From NCBI GenBank assembly GCA_023334545.1, contig JAADVB010000077.1:1-64000 (forward strand): 64,000 nucleotides of DNA, written 5' to 3'. Below the pieces are notes generated by a model that was given only the letters and a program-made list of their open reading frames with translations, was not told the DNA's origin and did no database searches. Below are positions 10,201 to 19,099 of the stretch, piece by piece; within the stretch, counting starts at the first letter, position 1, and every line of letters starts with the position of its first letter. Position numbers and translations under genes: made by a program. Source of the stretch: Salisapilia sapeloensis CBS 127946 (Eukaryota; Protista; Oomycota).

Positions 10201-10750
10201 AGGTGATTCAGATGAAGGGACGTCAATGTGGGTGTACGATACGCCAGACCAACGATTGGAACGACGAGAGTTGGAGAAAAAGGAGCGCGAGAAGATGTTC
10301 AAAGTGCTGAAAGAGTACAAGTTCGAAAGCGTCGTGCCGGAACAGGATGAGCAAGGGCGAATCCATTATCGAGTCCCATCTTCCAACAACCATCAGTCAG
10401 GGGATGGTCCGACCTCGAATGACGCAGGTGAGGAGACTCCGTTGCCACGGACACGATCGATGAAGGAGATTTTCTCACGCAGTCGATCAAAAAGCCGAGA
10501 CACACCGTTGTTGCCTGGAGACGAACGGCAGGATGATGTCGTCGTTGTCGTCGATGACGATGACCTCGAGACACTGGCGCGACATCCGACGAGTACCAAC
10601 GTTCATTCGACTAGGTCGAGTGCCGAGAGTCCACGACCTCTTGCTCGTAGTCGAACGTATGCTGTGACGGAACATAGGCTAGGATTAATCCGACGCGCTT
10701 CTGGCCTAGCGAGGCAATGGGCAACGAGAGCATTAGGAAGTGAAGAATAA
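7280..10750 (+). CDS. Large multi-pass membrane protein of unknown function (disordered N-terminus, luminal domain, TM block, basic/coiled C-terminus)
   Basis: Uninterrupted ORF over 1150 aa with about 6-8 hydrophobic helices. The first plausible ATG is 7280; the track start at 6929 overlaps the upstream gene. Confidence 0.85.
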   Translation: MSPSSKDQWTPSSTSNHDLDAHLRARQEELDLETASMHSVASASSYSSSVRERTRDEVAAHYFGPTSSPLPRGPDDVDESNDAVAMEDSQGNHTHFHADKDKTVGQTAARVAKSILPWGRSESDLNKLSVKNNPQLRHDRWSDVPRYSPRGASGVEDEESKGESNEEAELRRAQRKENERQFRELAHFANTRQPVPLDRFKRTPSRMSSQKSLSSHPSSFAVLSEPSADVEVENQGPAPTESSTIEEGEEGPDRELNTELIQAYIEYSRKIGHEPCIEVDGWTSTNENEFSLERASLIGDRPQLKAPQHFWTKCLGERYSRKRGRIQFCMYFVLGLIITTVFVLYLNNLSVNAVLHLDAFTDENVVLTTDYAYLHIRDEVSFHLKYDIESQIIETEDGQIDPASYFQVLLMTEDQFEDYVEGEEYTYLDHSRLRTTKAHLPDTYIYYFDEFDEVYIIIQPCILYGDYSVDFCQGQRMPREMDDGTDLFNLQRPENVNNATIGFNISSYYVNPQPEDCASTVDRGGNYLLIFVPYVLMIVFGLRLPQMLFHCEGFRANLERHYRREFGVPENEVDAWQPMPWDRKVPRIRLLGPCCWRKMRKPTEPFDTWWRHENYFTWIFSPYRNERLSRSERALIIACTLYVTFYVAFVLYMLHGTSDFFAFSSIVLFYVLLMLLPAAGKAIFKELFKLIFRQRRKFYRIRAAGGDTGNFSFRWAFAGQLLVVLLLTIAQLPMFYIWLFRSCMFLKQFMYFAMLAAVMRSSLLGLLQDFGWYMIIKTWGWKDLCPYCTERLLHCDCFNDELLILSVARVGANWELIKVLESVLSKQEGYVPQFEEYTAEQLKERWQILVDRAEKHVEKLAKLAAYREKKRRDRYRRQRQRRSFMHAASTVLGMESVDKSEEETKESSVEMNEDLCCSVRERKILALQEKIQEGKFEKHYDSNIVDVFNSIKEALMKRRQGKAWPIPGPSETQAGDSDEGTSMWVYDTPDQRLERRELEKKEREKMFKVLKEYKFESVVPEQDEQGRIHYRVPSSNNHQSGDGPTSNDAGEETPLPRTRSMKEIFSRSRSKSRDTPLLPGDERQDDVVVVVDDDDLETLARHPTSTNVHSTRSSAESPRPLARSRTYAVTEHRLGLIRRASGLARQWATRALGSEE

Positions 10751-10821
10751 ATTTTGACTTGCAAAGCAGATGATATTATCTACTTAGGTTCCGAGGTCTT
10801 CAGCGCGTACTCTGGACGTGC

Positions 10822-11127
10822 TTATCTGGCACGCTGACGCATTTTTCGGCGCTTGCGGCGTAGGCGGCGCATACGCTTCTTGCGCCACTTGGCACGCATA
10901 CCACCGGCAACGTCCAGAAGGGTCTGGAGCGTGTCGGCTTCCTGCACGCCGTAGTCGGCGAGCGTCATGGAAGCGTCGAGCTGCTTGCCAGCGGTGACGA
11001 GACGGAAGTCCGAGATGGCTTCACGGTCGGCCACGGCCTGCTGCACGGACGCGATGGAAGCGTCCGGCGCGACGTCGAGCGTCATGGGCGACGCGCCGAC
11101 CGTCGGGGTCTGCACGAAAATCTGCAT
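10822..11127 (-). CDS. RPL41: Ubiquitin-like domain fused to 60S ribosomal protein eL41 (RPL41)
   Basis: A 76-aa Ubl (MQIFV...LADYGVQEADTLQTLLDVAGG) is followed directly by the 25-aa MRAKWRKKRMRRLRRKRRKMRQRAR, a near-canonical eL41. Codon usage resembles actin and GAPDH. Confidence 0.93.
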   Translation of the reverse strand: MQIFVQTPTVGASPMTLDVAPDASIASVQQAVADREAISDFRLVTAGKQLDASMTLADYGVQEADTLQTLLDVAGGMRAKWRKKRMRRLRRKRRKMRQRAR

Positions 11128-11160
11128 TGCTCTTTGAATACCACTTGGATGCTCAAATGC

Positions 11161-11214
11161 CTACGAGATACATGAGTATGATAGACGGAGATACAAGTCC
11201 GAGCGAGAGCCTAC
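11161..11214 (-). other. Putative 5'UTR intron of the Ubl-eL41 gene
   Basis: Minus strand GAG|GTAGG ... TCTCGTAG|GCA, 54 nt, matching the local intron size. Inr-like TCACTT at 11239-11244 lies just upstream. Confidence 0.55.
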
Positions 11215-13123
11215 CTCGGCGACAGAGCAGTCAGCAAGAAGTGATTGGAAGGTGGCTAGCAAGCGATCGACTCGGTTGGTCGAGAACCAGTGATTCGATC
11301 AAGTACGGATGTCGGGTAAAGTACGATGTACCTTGAAGCGTCGTCGAAGAAAAGATTTCTTTGGCAAGTGAAGAGAGTTTGTCTTGACGAGTTACTTGAC
11401 GTGTATGTGGTAATTCAGTTGTGTCGCGATGGCAGCGATGCTTCGAGGTCATGGCGGAACTTGAATGAAGTGTTTATAGTGGAGGCCTAGGTAGTCGATT
11501 TACTATACGTAATGTCATGTAAAAGAGGAGGCTGTAGTATTAGCAAAGCAATTGCTAGCGACGCAACTTATCATAAATTGTCGATGCTGTGTAGATCTGT
11601 ACATCATATTCGATTGCATCGTAGACGATGTAGCATGCAAAGAGGAGAATCGGTATGTTAGCCTAGAGCATGAGCACGTATAGCTATACTGAACACAGCT
11701 GGAGATATGAGTTGCCGGTGGTATATAGAAAGTAGAAGCCGCCATGCATTTTGCTGCTCTTCTCTCTGACCGAAAGACTTTACCAAAAAGAGTCTATTCG
11801 CATGGATCTGGCTTCCATTCTATTTTATAAGCGAAATGTCAGTTTAAGGGCTATTCAATTTCCATCCGTGCGTGCTTCTACGGTCTCCTTATCACTTGAC
11901 ACGGCTGCGTGCATTGTTGAAGTCTTCCTTCCTAATAACCATGTATATGCCCGTTCAATTCGAAGTATACTTTGCTCTTCTACTACCTCTCCATCTCCGT
12001 GTTCTTGCTTTGTGCGTTTGTTTTTGGAGTGTATGCCAAGCTACTTCAGTACGATGCGAGAACAGCTTTAGCTTTCCCTTTCGCATCCATACCTCCAAGA
12101 GCTCACTCATCGTTTCTCTTGGTGATTCTCAGCTTTAAAATGTACCCGGCGGAGCATAGAGCGTCGAGCGCGAAGGCTTCAGACCAGATGGCCTAGCGTT
12201 GCCTCCTTCGCTGTCATGCCAATGTCAGGTCGTTATTCTCCTAGATTACCATGCTACATCCATACAATATCTCATTCGTTGGATAGTTAGCAAATGCTGC
12301 TTCTTCAGAGATGCCGCTAAAGAAAGGGACAATGGAGGAATCATGGACGAGATGCAGCGGTAGGCGGAGGATCACAGTTTTGCATGTTTTAGCGTATACC
12401 ATAATGGACGGTATGGACCAAATGATGCGCCTTTATGACTAAGGGATGTCGTACCTCTTCTTTTTGAAGCGGTAGGAACTCGTAAAACTCTGTGAACGAC
12501 AGCGCGGGTATGAGCTCCATGTGGTATGCTAGTAAAGTCAGAAAGGCCAGTTACTCCATCCCATACAGAGGAACGATGCGCTATCGTTCAATTCTATCAA
12601 CAAGGAAGTCTGGATGTAATTTCCATACACAACCGCTGGAATAAAACTTTCGCTGTCTACGCATGCATCAACTTGATAGAAACTTGGCTAAAGTCTACTT
12701 TTTATATCCTCGCCGCTTGATTGCTCCATGACGTAATTCATCGTCTGTCAAGTCAATCGAGGGATGGACGGTAGGAGTTGAAAAAGAATCCGGCATAAGG
12801 CATCGTGCGTTTGCATATCATGCCATCAAGCGCTTTAGTTGACAAAACCATCGCGTTGATCGCGACGAGCGGTTAGCACGACGTGCAGGCGTATTTGTAC
12901 AACTGATACGAGGGTCCTATGCACAACGCGACGACGGGGTTGTTGATTGCCCATTACGCTACGCTTCGTGATTGGCAGCCTCCGATCGGACATAGCCAGA
13001 TTCAGTGTAACGGCCTCTCGTCTTCGACTTTCTAATCCGGTTTTTCTAGCCAGCATCGTGGCCACTTTGCTACCGGACTGTCAAGAAAAGCCGACGCTAG
13101 AGTACTTGTGAAAAGCAAACGAA

Positions 13124-14140
13124 ATGTCCAAGCAATACGGGTACGAACTCAACTATGACTGGAAGCACCCGTGGCCGCGTGCCCCTACGCCATCCAACGA
13201 GCAAGCGCGACTGGATGAATTGGCCAAATACCAGATTGTCGACTCGGAACAGGATGACAAGTTCGATAAGCTCTGCCGGATTGCCTGCAAAGAGATGAAG
13301 TGCCCTATCGCCGCCGTCAGCTTCATCGACAAGACCAGGCAGTGGTTTAAAGCCAACTCGGGCTTGACCCAGCGACAGATCCCGCGTGATGTCGCGCTCT
13401 GCGCGCATACGATCATGCGCCCCAAGCATGCGCTCATCGTTGAGGACACGTCCCAGGACGAACGCTTTGAACACAACCCGCTCGTTACGCGTGCTTCGGC
13501 CGTTCGTTTCTACGCCGGCGTGCCGATCACCACGCCGAACGGCTACTGCATTGGCTCCGTTTTCGTCTTTGACGTCAAACCCCACACGAACGTCGATGCG
13601 CGCATTCTACATAAAATTGCGGCTAAGGTGCTCAAGTACATGGACGAACGGTCTAAGACGTTGGAGAAAGACACACCGACCAAATCGAATGAGAAGAAGG
13701 CAGCTTCGCATTCGTCGTTGAAAGAAAAGGAGGTGAGTGAACCAGAGCCGGAGGCACCCGTGAAAGCCAAGACAGTGGCTTCACCACCGGTAGAAACGTC
13801 AGAAGATCATCAGTCGCCTGGGGAGCCATCGCTGAACGAAAATGGACAGAGCACGCAGCAGGAAAGCAGTGCATTGGTGCAAGCAAATGGCGGTGCGCAG
13901 GAGCAGCAGATGGAAGTCAGCGGCCAGGGCAATAGCCTTGGGAACATGGGCTCGATGCTCATGAACTTACTCGCTCGTACGACGGAGACACAGCAACAGC
14001 TTGCAGCACAACAAGGCGTCATGTTCGAGACGTTGGGACAACATACGTCTCAGCTGGACTCTTTGGGTCAATCAATGGACCGATTAGAGCAGCGATTTGA
14101 ACAGGCCAAGTTGAAAAAGCGTGGCGTGAACCCAGTTTGA
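13124..14140 (+). CDS. GAF domain-containing protein
   Basis: EQARLDEL..YQIVDS..FDKL.RIA...PIAAVSFID..RQWFKA..R.VALCAHTI..V.DTSQDERF..NPLV..VRFYAG.PI..G.CIGSV. C-terminal Q-rich coiled coil. Confidence 0.88.
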   Translation: MSKQYGYELNYDWKHPWPRAPTPSNEQARLDELAKYQIVDSEQDDKFDKLCRIACKEMKCPIAAVSFIDKTRQWFKANSGLTQRQIPRDVALCAHTIMRPKHALIVEDTSQDERFEHNPLVTRASAVRFYAGVPITTPNGYCIGSVFVFDVKPHTNVDARILHKIAAKVLKYMDERSKTLEKDTPTKSNEKKAASHSSLKEKEVSEPEPEAPVKAKTVASPPVETSEDHQSPGEPSLNENGQSTQQESSALVQANGGAQEQQMEVSGQGNSLGNMGSMLMNLLARTTETQQQLAAQQGVMFETLGQHTSQLDSLGQSMDRLEQRFEQAKLKKRGVNPV

Positions 14141-14410
14141 GGGTTCAACCGAGTGTCTCTTTGTTGACGAAAGCAAAGTGCGTTGTATTATTGCCTTTTG
14201 CTCAGTGGGAGTTGGTTTTGTGCTTGCTTGAATGTGACGGCGATCGAAGGCGTGGCACTAGAGTTGGGAACAAGTCGCTTGTTTTAGCTACGAAAAATGA
14301 AAGAAAAAGGGTTTACAATACGTATTGTGTCTACTATAATTCGATCTAGATTAAGCGTCATGAAGACTGCTTTCTTTTGCTCTCTCATAGTACCCGACAA
14401 GTACCGAGTT

Positions 14411-14451
14411 GGCGGGTAAAATGTACCACTGGCACACGAAAACGCGCCAAA
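14411..14451. promoter_or_regulatory. E2F-like sites upstream of MCM6
   Basis: GCGCCAAA at 14444-14451 (reverse complement TTTGGCGC, matches TTTSSCGC) and GGCGGGTAAA at 14411-14420, both within 50 nt of the ATG. Confidence 0.4.
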
Positions 14452-14456
14452 AGAGG

Positions 14457-16916
14457 ATGCAATCGAGTACTCGAAGAGGAGCTGGTCGTGGCGGATCGAC
14501 GGCGCTCAGTGGTGCAGGGCAAGTGGAGTTGCAGGTGGATGCGACTGCGGAGGCTGTAAAGACCCGGTTTCTCGAGTTTCTATGTCACTTTAATAACGCA
14601 TCGACGGCGGAATCACATGAGACGGAGGAGGAGCGGTCACAGGAGGAGGCACAAGGCTCCAATTATCGACAGCAAGCGGAGGTTATGCGGAATATGGAGA
14701 CATCTTCATTGTTCGTAGACTTCACGCACATCCTAGAGTACGATCCGGATCTTGCGCAAGCATTGCAGGCCCAGTACTATCGATGGGAACCATACCTTCG
14801 TCGTAGTGTCTTTGAGTTCATTCGCATGGCAGATGAAGCCTATACGATTAGTGAAGACGCTCAGAAAAGTCCTCGTGAGTTCTTTGTTTGTTTCTACAAT
14901 TTCCAGCACGTTTCTCGGATCCGAGAGCTCCGTATGCGTCACGTCGGCGAGCTCGTGTCCTTCTCTGGCACCGTCACACGCACGTCGGAAGTCCGTCCTG
15001 AACTCTTGTTTGGTGCCTTCACCTGTGGTGATTGTGGTGGCGACACGACTGGTGTCGAGCAACAGTTTCGATATAGCGAGCCTCCCAAGTGTCAGAATCC
15101 GTACTGTAGTAATACATTCCAATGGGAATTAAACGCCGAAAAGTCTGTCTTTGTCGATTGGCAGCGTGTCAAAGTGCAGGAGAATGCGGATGAGATTCCT
15201 CCAGGTAGTATGCCTCGCTCCATGGATGTCATCTTGCGTCACGAGAATGTCGAACAGGCAAAAGCTGGTGATCGTGTCGTCTTCACAGGCTCTTTGATCG
15301 TCGTCCCGGACGTGAGTAAGTTTAGTCGCGCTGGAGGCGAGACATCTATCGCGACTAGAAATAGAGGAGAGAATAGTACACAGGGTATGGAAGGCGAAGG
15401 TGTTCGTGGTTTAAAAGCGTTAGGCGTGCGTGAGCTGACGTACAAGACATGCTTCTTAGCGTGTAGTGTTCAGACGATGGAGCAGCGTTTCAACAGCGTT
15501 TCCATCCGTAGTGAACTTGGTGAAGAGGATTTAGATGGCAATGCAACGTCGAATGATATCACGAAAGACTTTTCAGAGGAGGAACTCAACTCGATTGAAC
15601 GGATGAAGGATGATCCGAATAAGTACACCAAGATGGCAGCTTCGATCTGTCCAAGTGTCTACGGACATGATGAAGTACGTAAAGGCATCTTGCTCATGCT
15701 CTTTGGTGGCGTCCACAAGATGACGCATGAAGGGATTAAGCTACGTGGCGATGTGAACGTCTGTATCGTCGGTGATCCATCGACTGCAAAATCCCAATTT
15801 TTAAAGTACCTCTGTGGTTTCCTACCTCGTGCGATCTATACCTCCGGCAAAGTGAGTTCTGCAGCAGGTTTAACTGCGTCTGTGACGAGAGATGCTGAGT
15901 CGGGAGAGTATTGTGTCGAAGCTGGTGCGTTGATGCTAGCGGATAATGGGATCTGTTGCATCGATGAATTTGATAAGATGGAAGCGACGGATCAAGTCGC
16001 AATTCACGAAGCGATGGAGCAACAGACGATCAGTATCACGAAAGCAGGTATCCAAGCGACACTAAACGCTCGGACGTCCATCTTAGCTGCAGCGAATCCG
16101 TTCAGTGGTCGATACGACAAGACCAAGACGTTGCAGTATAACGTGAACATCTCGGCACCGATCATGTCTCGATTCGATCTTTTCTTTGTCATTCTCGACG
16201 ACTGTGATGAAAGTGCGGATGCACGTATCGCTGCGCATATTGTGAATCTGCACATGCCATCGGATTTGCGAGAAGCTAGTGCTTCATCTGGGATTTATTC
16301 TGAAGAAGAGTTGAAACGATACATCAAGTTTGCACGTAGTCTACAACCGAGTATCTCTCCCTCGGCGCACAAGATGATGGTTGCGTGCTATAAGAAACTA
16401 CGAGAGCATGATGTCCAGAGTAATGGGCAGTCGAGTATTGCGTATCGTATTACGGTTCGGCAGTTGGAGTCCATGGTCCGATTGTCGGAGGCACTTGCGA
16501 GGTTGGATTTAAGTCAGTCGGTGGAAGTGCCGCATGTCCAAGAGGCGTATCGATTACTTAGTAAATCGATTATTCATGTCGATATGCAGAACGTGGAGCT
16601 TGGGATGCCAGAAGCTCCGGAAGAGGACTCGGAAGCAATGTCATTTGAACGATACACAGTCATCCAAAAGGCTGTCGATAGGTACATTCTGGAGAAGGAA
16701 GAAGGTGGAGACAAGGGTGTGCTGCAAGGAGAGCTTGTCACGTGGTACTTGAGTTCCCAAGATATCACGTCAGAAGCCCAGCTGACCAAGGAGAAGGCTT
16801 TGATCACATCAATTCTAGACAAGTTGGTACTAGATAAGCGCCTTGCAGTGCTGGAGGAGACCGAGGACAAGCAGCGGCGGTACCTGACGGTGCATCCGAA
16901 TCGGTCGTTTGAATAG
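14457..16916 (+). CDS. MCM6: DNA replication licensing factor MCM6
   Basis: TVTRTSEVRPEL, zinc finger CGDC..CQNPYC, VDWQRVKVQEN..EIPPGSMPRSMDVILR, Walker A GDPSTAKSQ, CCIDEFDKM, arginine finger SRFD. Confidence 0.96.
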   Translation: MQSSTRRGAGRGGSTALSGAGQVELQVDATAEAVKTRFLEFLCHFNNASTAESHETEEERSQEEAQGSNYRQQAEVMRNMETSSLFVDFTHILEYDPDLAQALQAQYYRWEPYLRRSVFEFIRMADEAYTISEDAQKSPREFFVCFYNFQHVSRIRELRMRHVGELVSFSGTVTRTSEVRPELLFGAFTCGDCGGDTTGVEQQFRYSEPPKCQNPYCSNTFQWELNAEKSVFVDWQRVKVQENADEIPPGSMPRSMDVILRHENVEQAKAGDRVVFTGSLIVVPDVSKFSRAGGETSIATRNRGENSTQGMEGEGVRGLKALGVRELTYKTCFLACSVQTMEQRFNSVSIRSELGEEDLDGNATSNDITKDFSEEELNSIERMKDDPNKYTKMAASICPSVYGHDEVRKGILLMLFGGVHKMTHEGIKLRGDVNVCIVGDPSTAKSQFLKYLCGFLPRAIYTSGKVSSAAGLTASVTRDAESGEYCVEAGALMLADNGICCIDEFDKMEATDQVAIHEAMEQQTISITKAGIQATLNARTSILAAANPFSGRYDKTKTLQYNVNISAPIMSRFDLFFVILDDCDESADARIAAHIVNLHMPSDLREASASSGIYSEEELKRYIKFARSLQPSISPSAHKMMVACYKKLREHDVQSNGQSSIAYRITVRQLESMVRLSEALARLDLSQSVEVPHVQEAYRLLSKSIIHVDMQNVELGMPEAPEEDSEAMSFERYTVIQKAVDRYILEKEEGGDKGVLQGELVTWYLSSQDITSEAQLTKEKALITSILDKLVLDKRLAVLEETEDKQRRYLTVHPNRSFE

Positions 16917-17101
16917 AAAAGGAATGAAAGCTACGCGCTAAGTTTACGAGTCTTTATTTGGTTTTCTTCGTCGAAAAAAAGGGGATGGAGAGGCCATGTC
17001 GAAGCACTTAAGCCTCTAGACATGGCAGAAAAGATGAAAAAGAGATCCTTCTAACAAACTCTGGACTGGGGCCAAAAGCTCGAGCCAACGAACGAAGTAA
17101 C

Positions 17102-18232
17102 TTAGAAGCACTTGCGGTGCACAATCGACGGGCCAGACTCGTCGTATTCGGCCTTGGAGATCCACATCTGCTGGAACGTCGAGAGCGACGACAGGATGGA
17201 ACCACCGATCCAGACAGAGTACTTACGCTCAGGCGGCGCAACGACCTTGATCTTCATCGTAGACGGAGCAAGGGCCGTAAGCTCCTTGGTCATACGCTCA
17301 CCGATGCCCGGGTACATGGTGGTACCACCCGAAAGCACAATGTTGCAGTACAAGTCCTTACGGATATCGACATCACACTTCATGATCGTCTGGAACGTGC
17401 AGTCGTGGATGCCCGAAGCTTCCTTACCGATCAACTGCGGCTGGAAGAGGACCTCCGGGGTACGGAAGCGCTCGTTACCGATAACGATGACGTTACCGTC
17501 CGGAAGCTCGTAGCTCTTCTCAAGGCCAGAGGACTCGGCGGCAGTCTTCATCTCCTGGTCGTAGTCAAGGGCGACGTACGTCAGCTTCTCCTTGATGTCA
17601 CGAACAATTTCTCGTTCGGCCGTGGTCGTGAACGAGTAACCACGTTCGGTCAAGATCTTCATCATGTAGTCCGTGAGGTCACGGCCAGCAAGATCAAGAC
17701 GCACGATGGCGTGCGGAAGAGCGTAACCCTCGTAAATCGGCACGGTGTGGGAGACACCGTCACCAGAGTCAAGGACACAGCCCGTCGTACGGCCAGAGGC
17801 GTACAGGGAGAGGACGGCCTGGATGTTGACGTACATGGCCGGGACGTTGAACGTCTCGAACATGATCTGCGTCATACGTTCACGGTTGGCCTTAGGGTTA
17901 AGCGGGGCCTCAGTCAAAAGGACCGGGTGCTCTTCCGGGGCCACACGGAGTTCGTTGTAGAAGGTGTGGTGCCAGATCTTTTCCATGTCGTCCCAGTTGG
18001 TAACGATACCGTGCTCAATGGGGTACTTGAGCGTCAGCACACCACGCTTGGACTGGGCCTCGTCACCGACGTAGGCATCCTTCTGGTCCATACCAACCAT
18101 GATACCAAGGTGCTTCGGGCGACCGACAATGGACGGGAAGACGGCGCGCGGGGCGTCATCACCAGCGAAACCGGCCTTGCACATACCGGATCCGTTGTCC
18201 ACAACGAGAGCTTGAACGTCTTCGTCAGCCAT
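17102..18232 (-). CDS. ACT1: Actin
   Basis: Full 376-aa canonical actin ([23 protein letters not shown] ... SIVHRKCF), intronless. Confidence 0.99.
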
Positions 18233-18279
18233 AGTTTCGTATAAAAGGTTTCTGCGGTGAGTCTTGCTCGGGGCGCGTC

Positions 18280-18295
18280 AAAAGGGAGAATGAGC
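18280..18295 (-). promoter_or_regulatory. Oomycete Inr/FPR core promoter of actin
   Basis: GCTCATTCTCCCTTTT on the minus strand about 50 nt upstream of the ATG; fits the oomycete consensus GCTCATTYBNNNWTTY. Confidence 0.7.
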
Positions 18296-19099
18296 CGAAT
18301 CCAAGATTTGGCAAAATCTTACGTAAGGACGACCTCCCTTCTCATACCCAATCCAAGTGTTTCCTAACGTCGCCCAGATCGCGTCGACCGTACGTTTCTT
18401 TTTTTCATACAATGACACGCGGGATGTTTAGAGAGCTCGAGCAAGTGGGTGAAGTTTGAGGCTGAAGCTAGGTACGAAACGAGGAAGAGGTAGATATGAT
18501 GGATTGGTGGAAGTATTGGGCATGGAAGCTTTTTAAAAGAGCTGATAGACGGACCAGCTTTTGCAACGTACGACACGAAAAGCGTTGCTTACCATCAGAG
18601 ACAGCGTGTCTTGGAGTTTGTATGGGAATCTTTGAGCGTCGTCCACGTCACGGCGTTAAATGCATGTCTCTCTGGCGAAGGAAACTCTCTCGAGCGATTG
18701 AGAGGAATTTCGCAATAGTACGCTTCTTCTGACACGCGCTTTGATACTTTGACGCACGCAGAGATGTCACACGAGGTCAAGTATCTTCTACCGAAAGGCT
18801 CATACGAGAAACGAGCCTCCGGACGAACGTCGTGTAGACTCGTCGACTAGGCGATCACTTGCTAGTGAGCGCCATAGCTCTTCCCAGTGAGACATATTAC
18901 ATGACTATCCCGACTATCAGTATTACTCGTGGCATTAAAAGATCAGATCGGATCATGGCAGTGGTATACGCATGGGTGGAGCAATCGCCGTGGTGACAGC
19001 GTGACTCCCATCTGCCGTCTACCGTGCCAAATTATTTTCTTTTGCAGTCATATCTGATACTCACTTCAATACAACTTCAAAGCTCGGAACTTGTGTTTT

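Noticed and set aside
11250-13120. Short ORFs on both strands between Ubl-eL41 and the GAF gene (e.g. MGNQQP..., HSKNKRTKQEHGDGEVVEEQ...)
   Set aside because: No family motifs and no coherent exon chain; may be intergenic or an unresolved multi-exon gene.
17117-18244. 375-aa antisense ORF exactly mirroring actin (similar shadows over GAPDH, NFS1 and the flippases)
   Set aside because: Expected when a highly expressed gene avoids TTA/CTA/TCA codons; no independent protein features.
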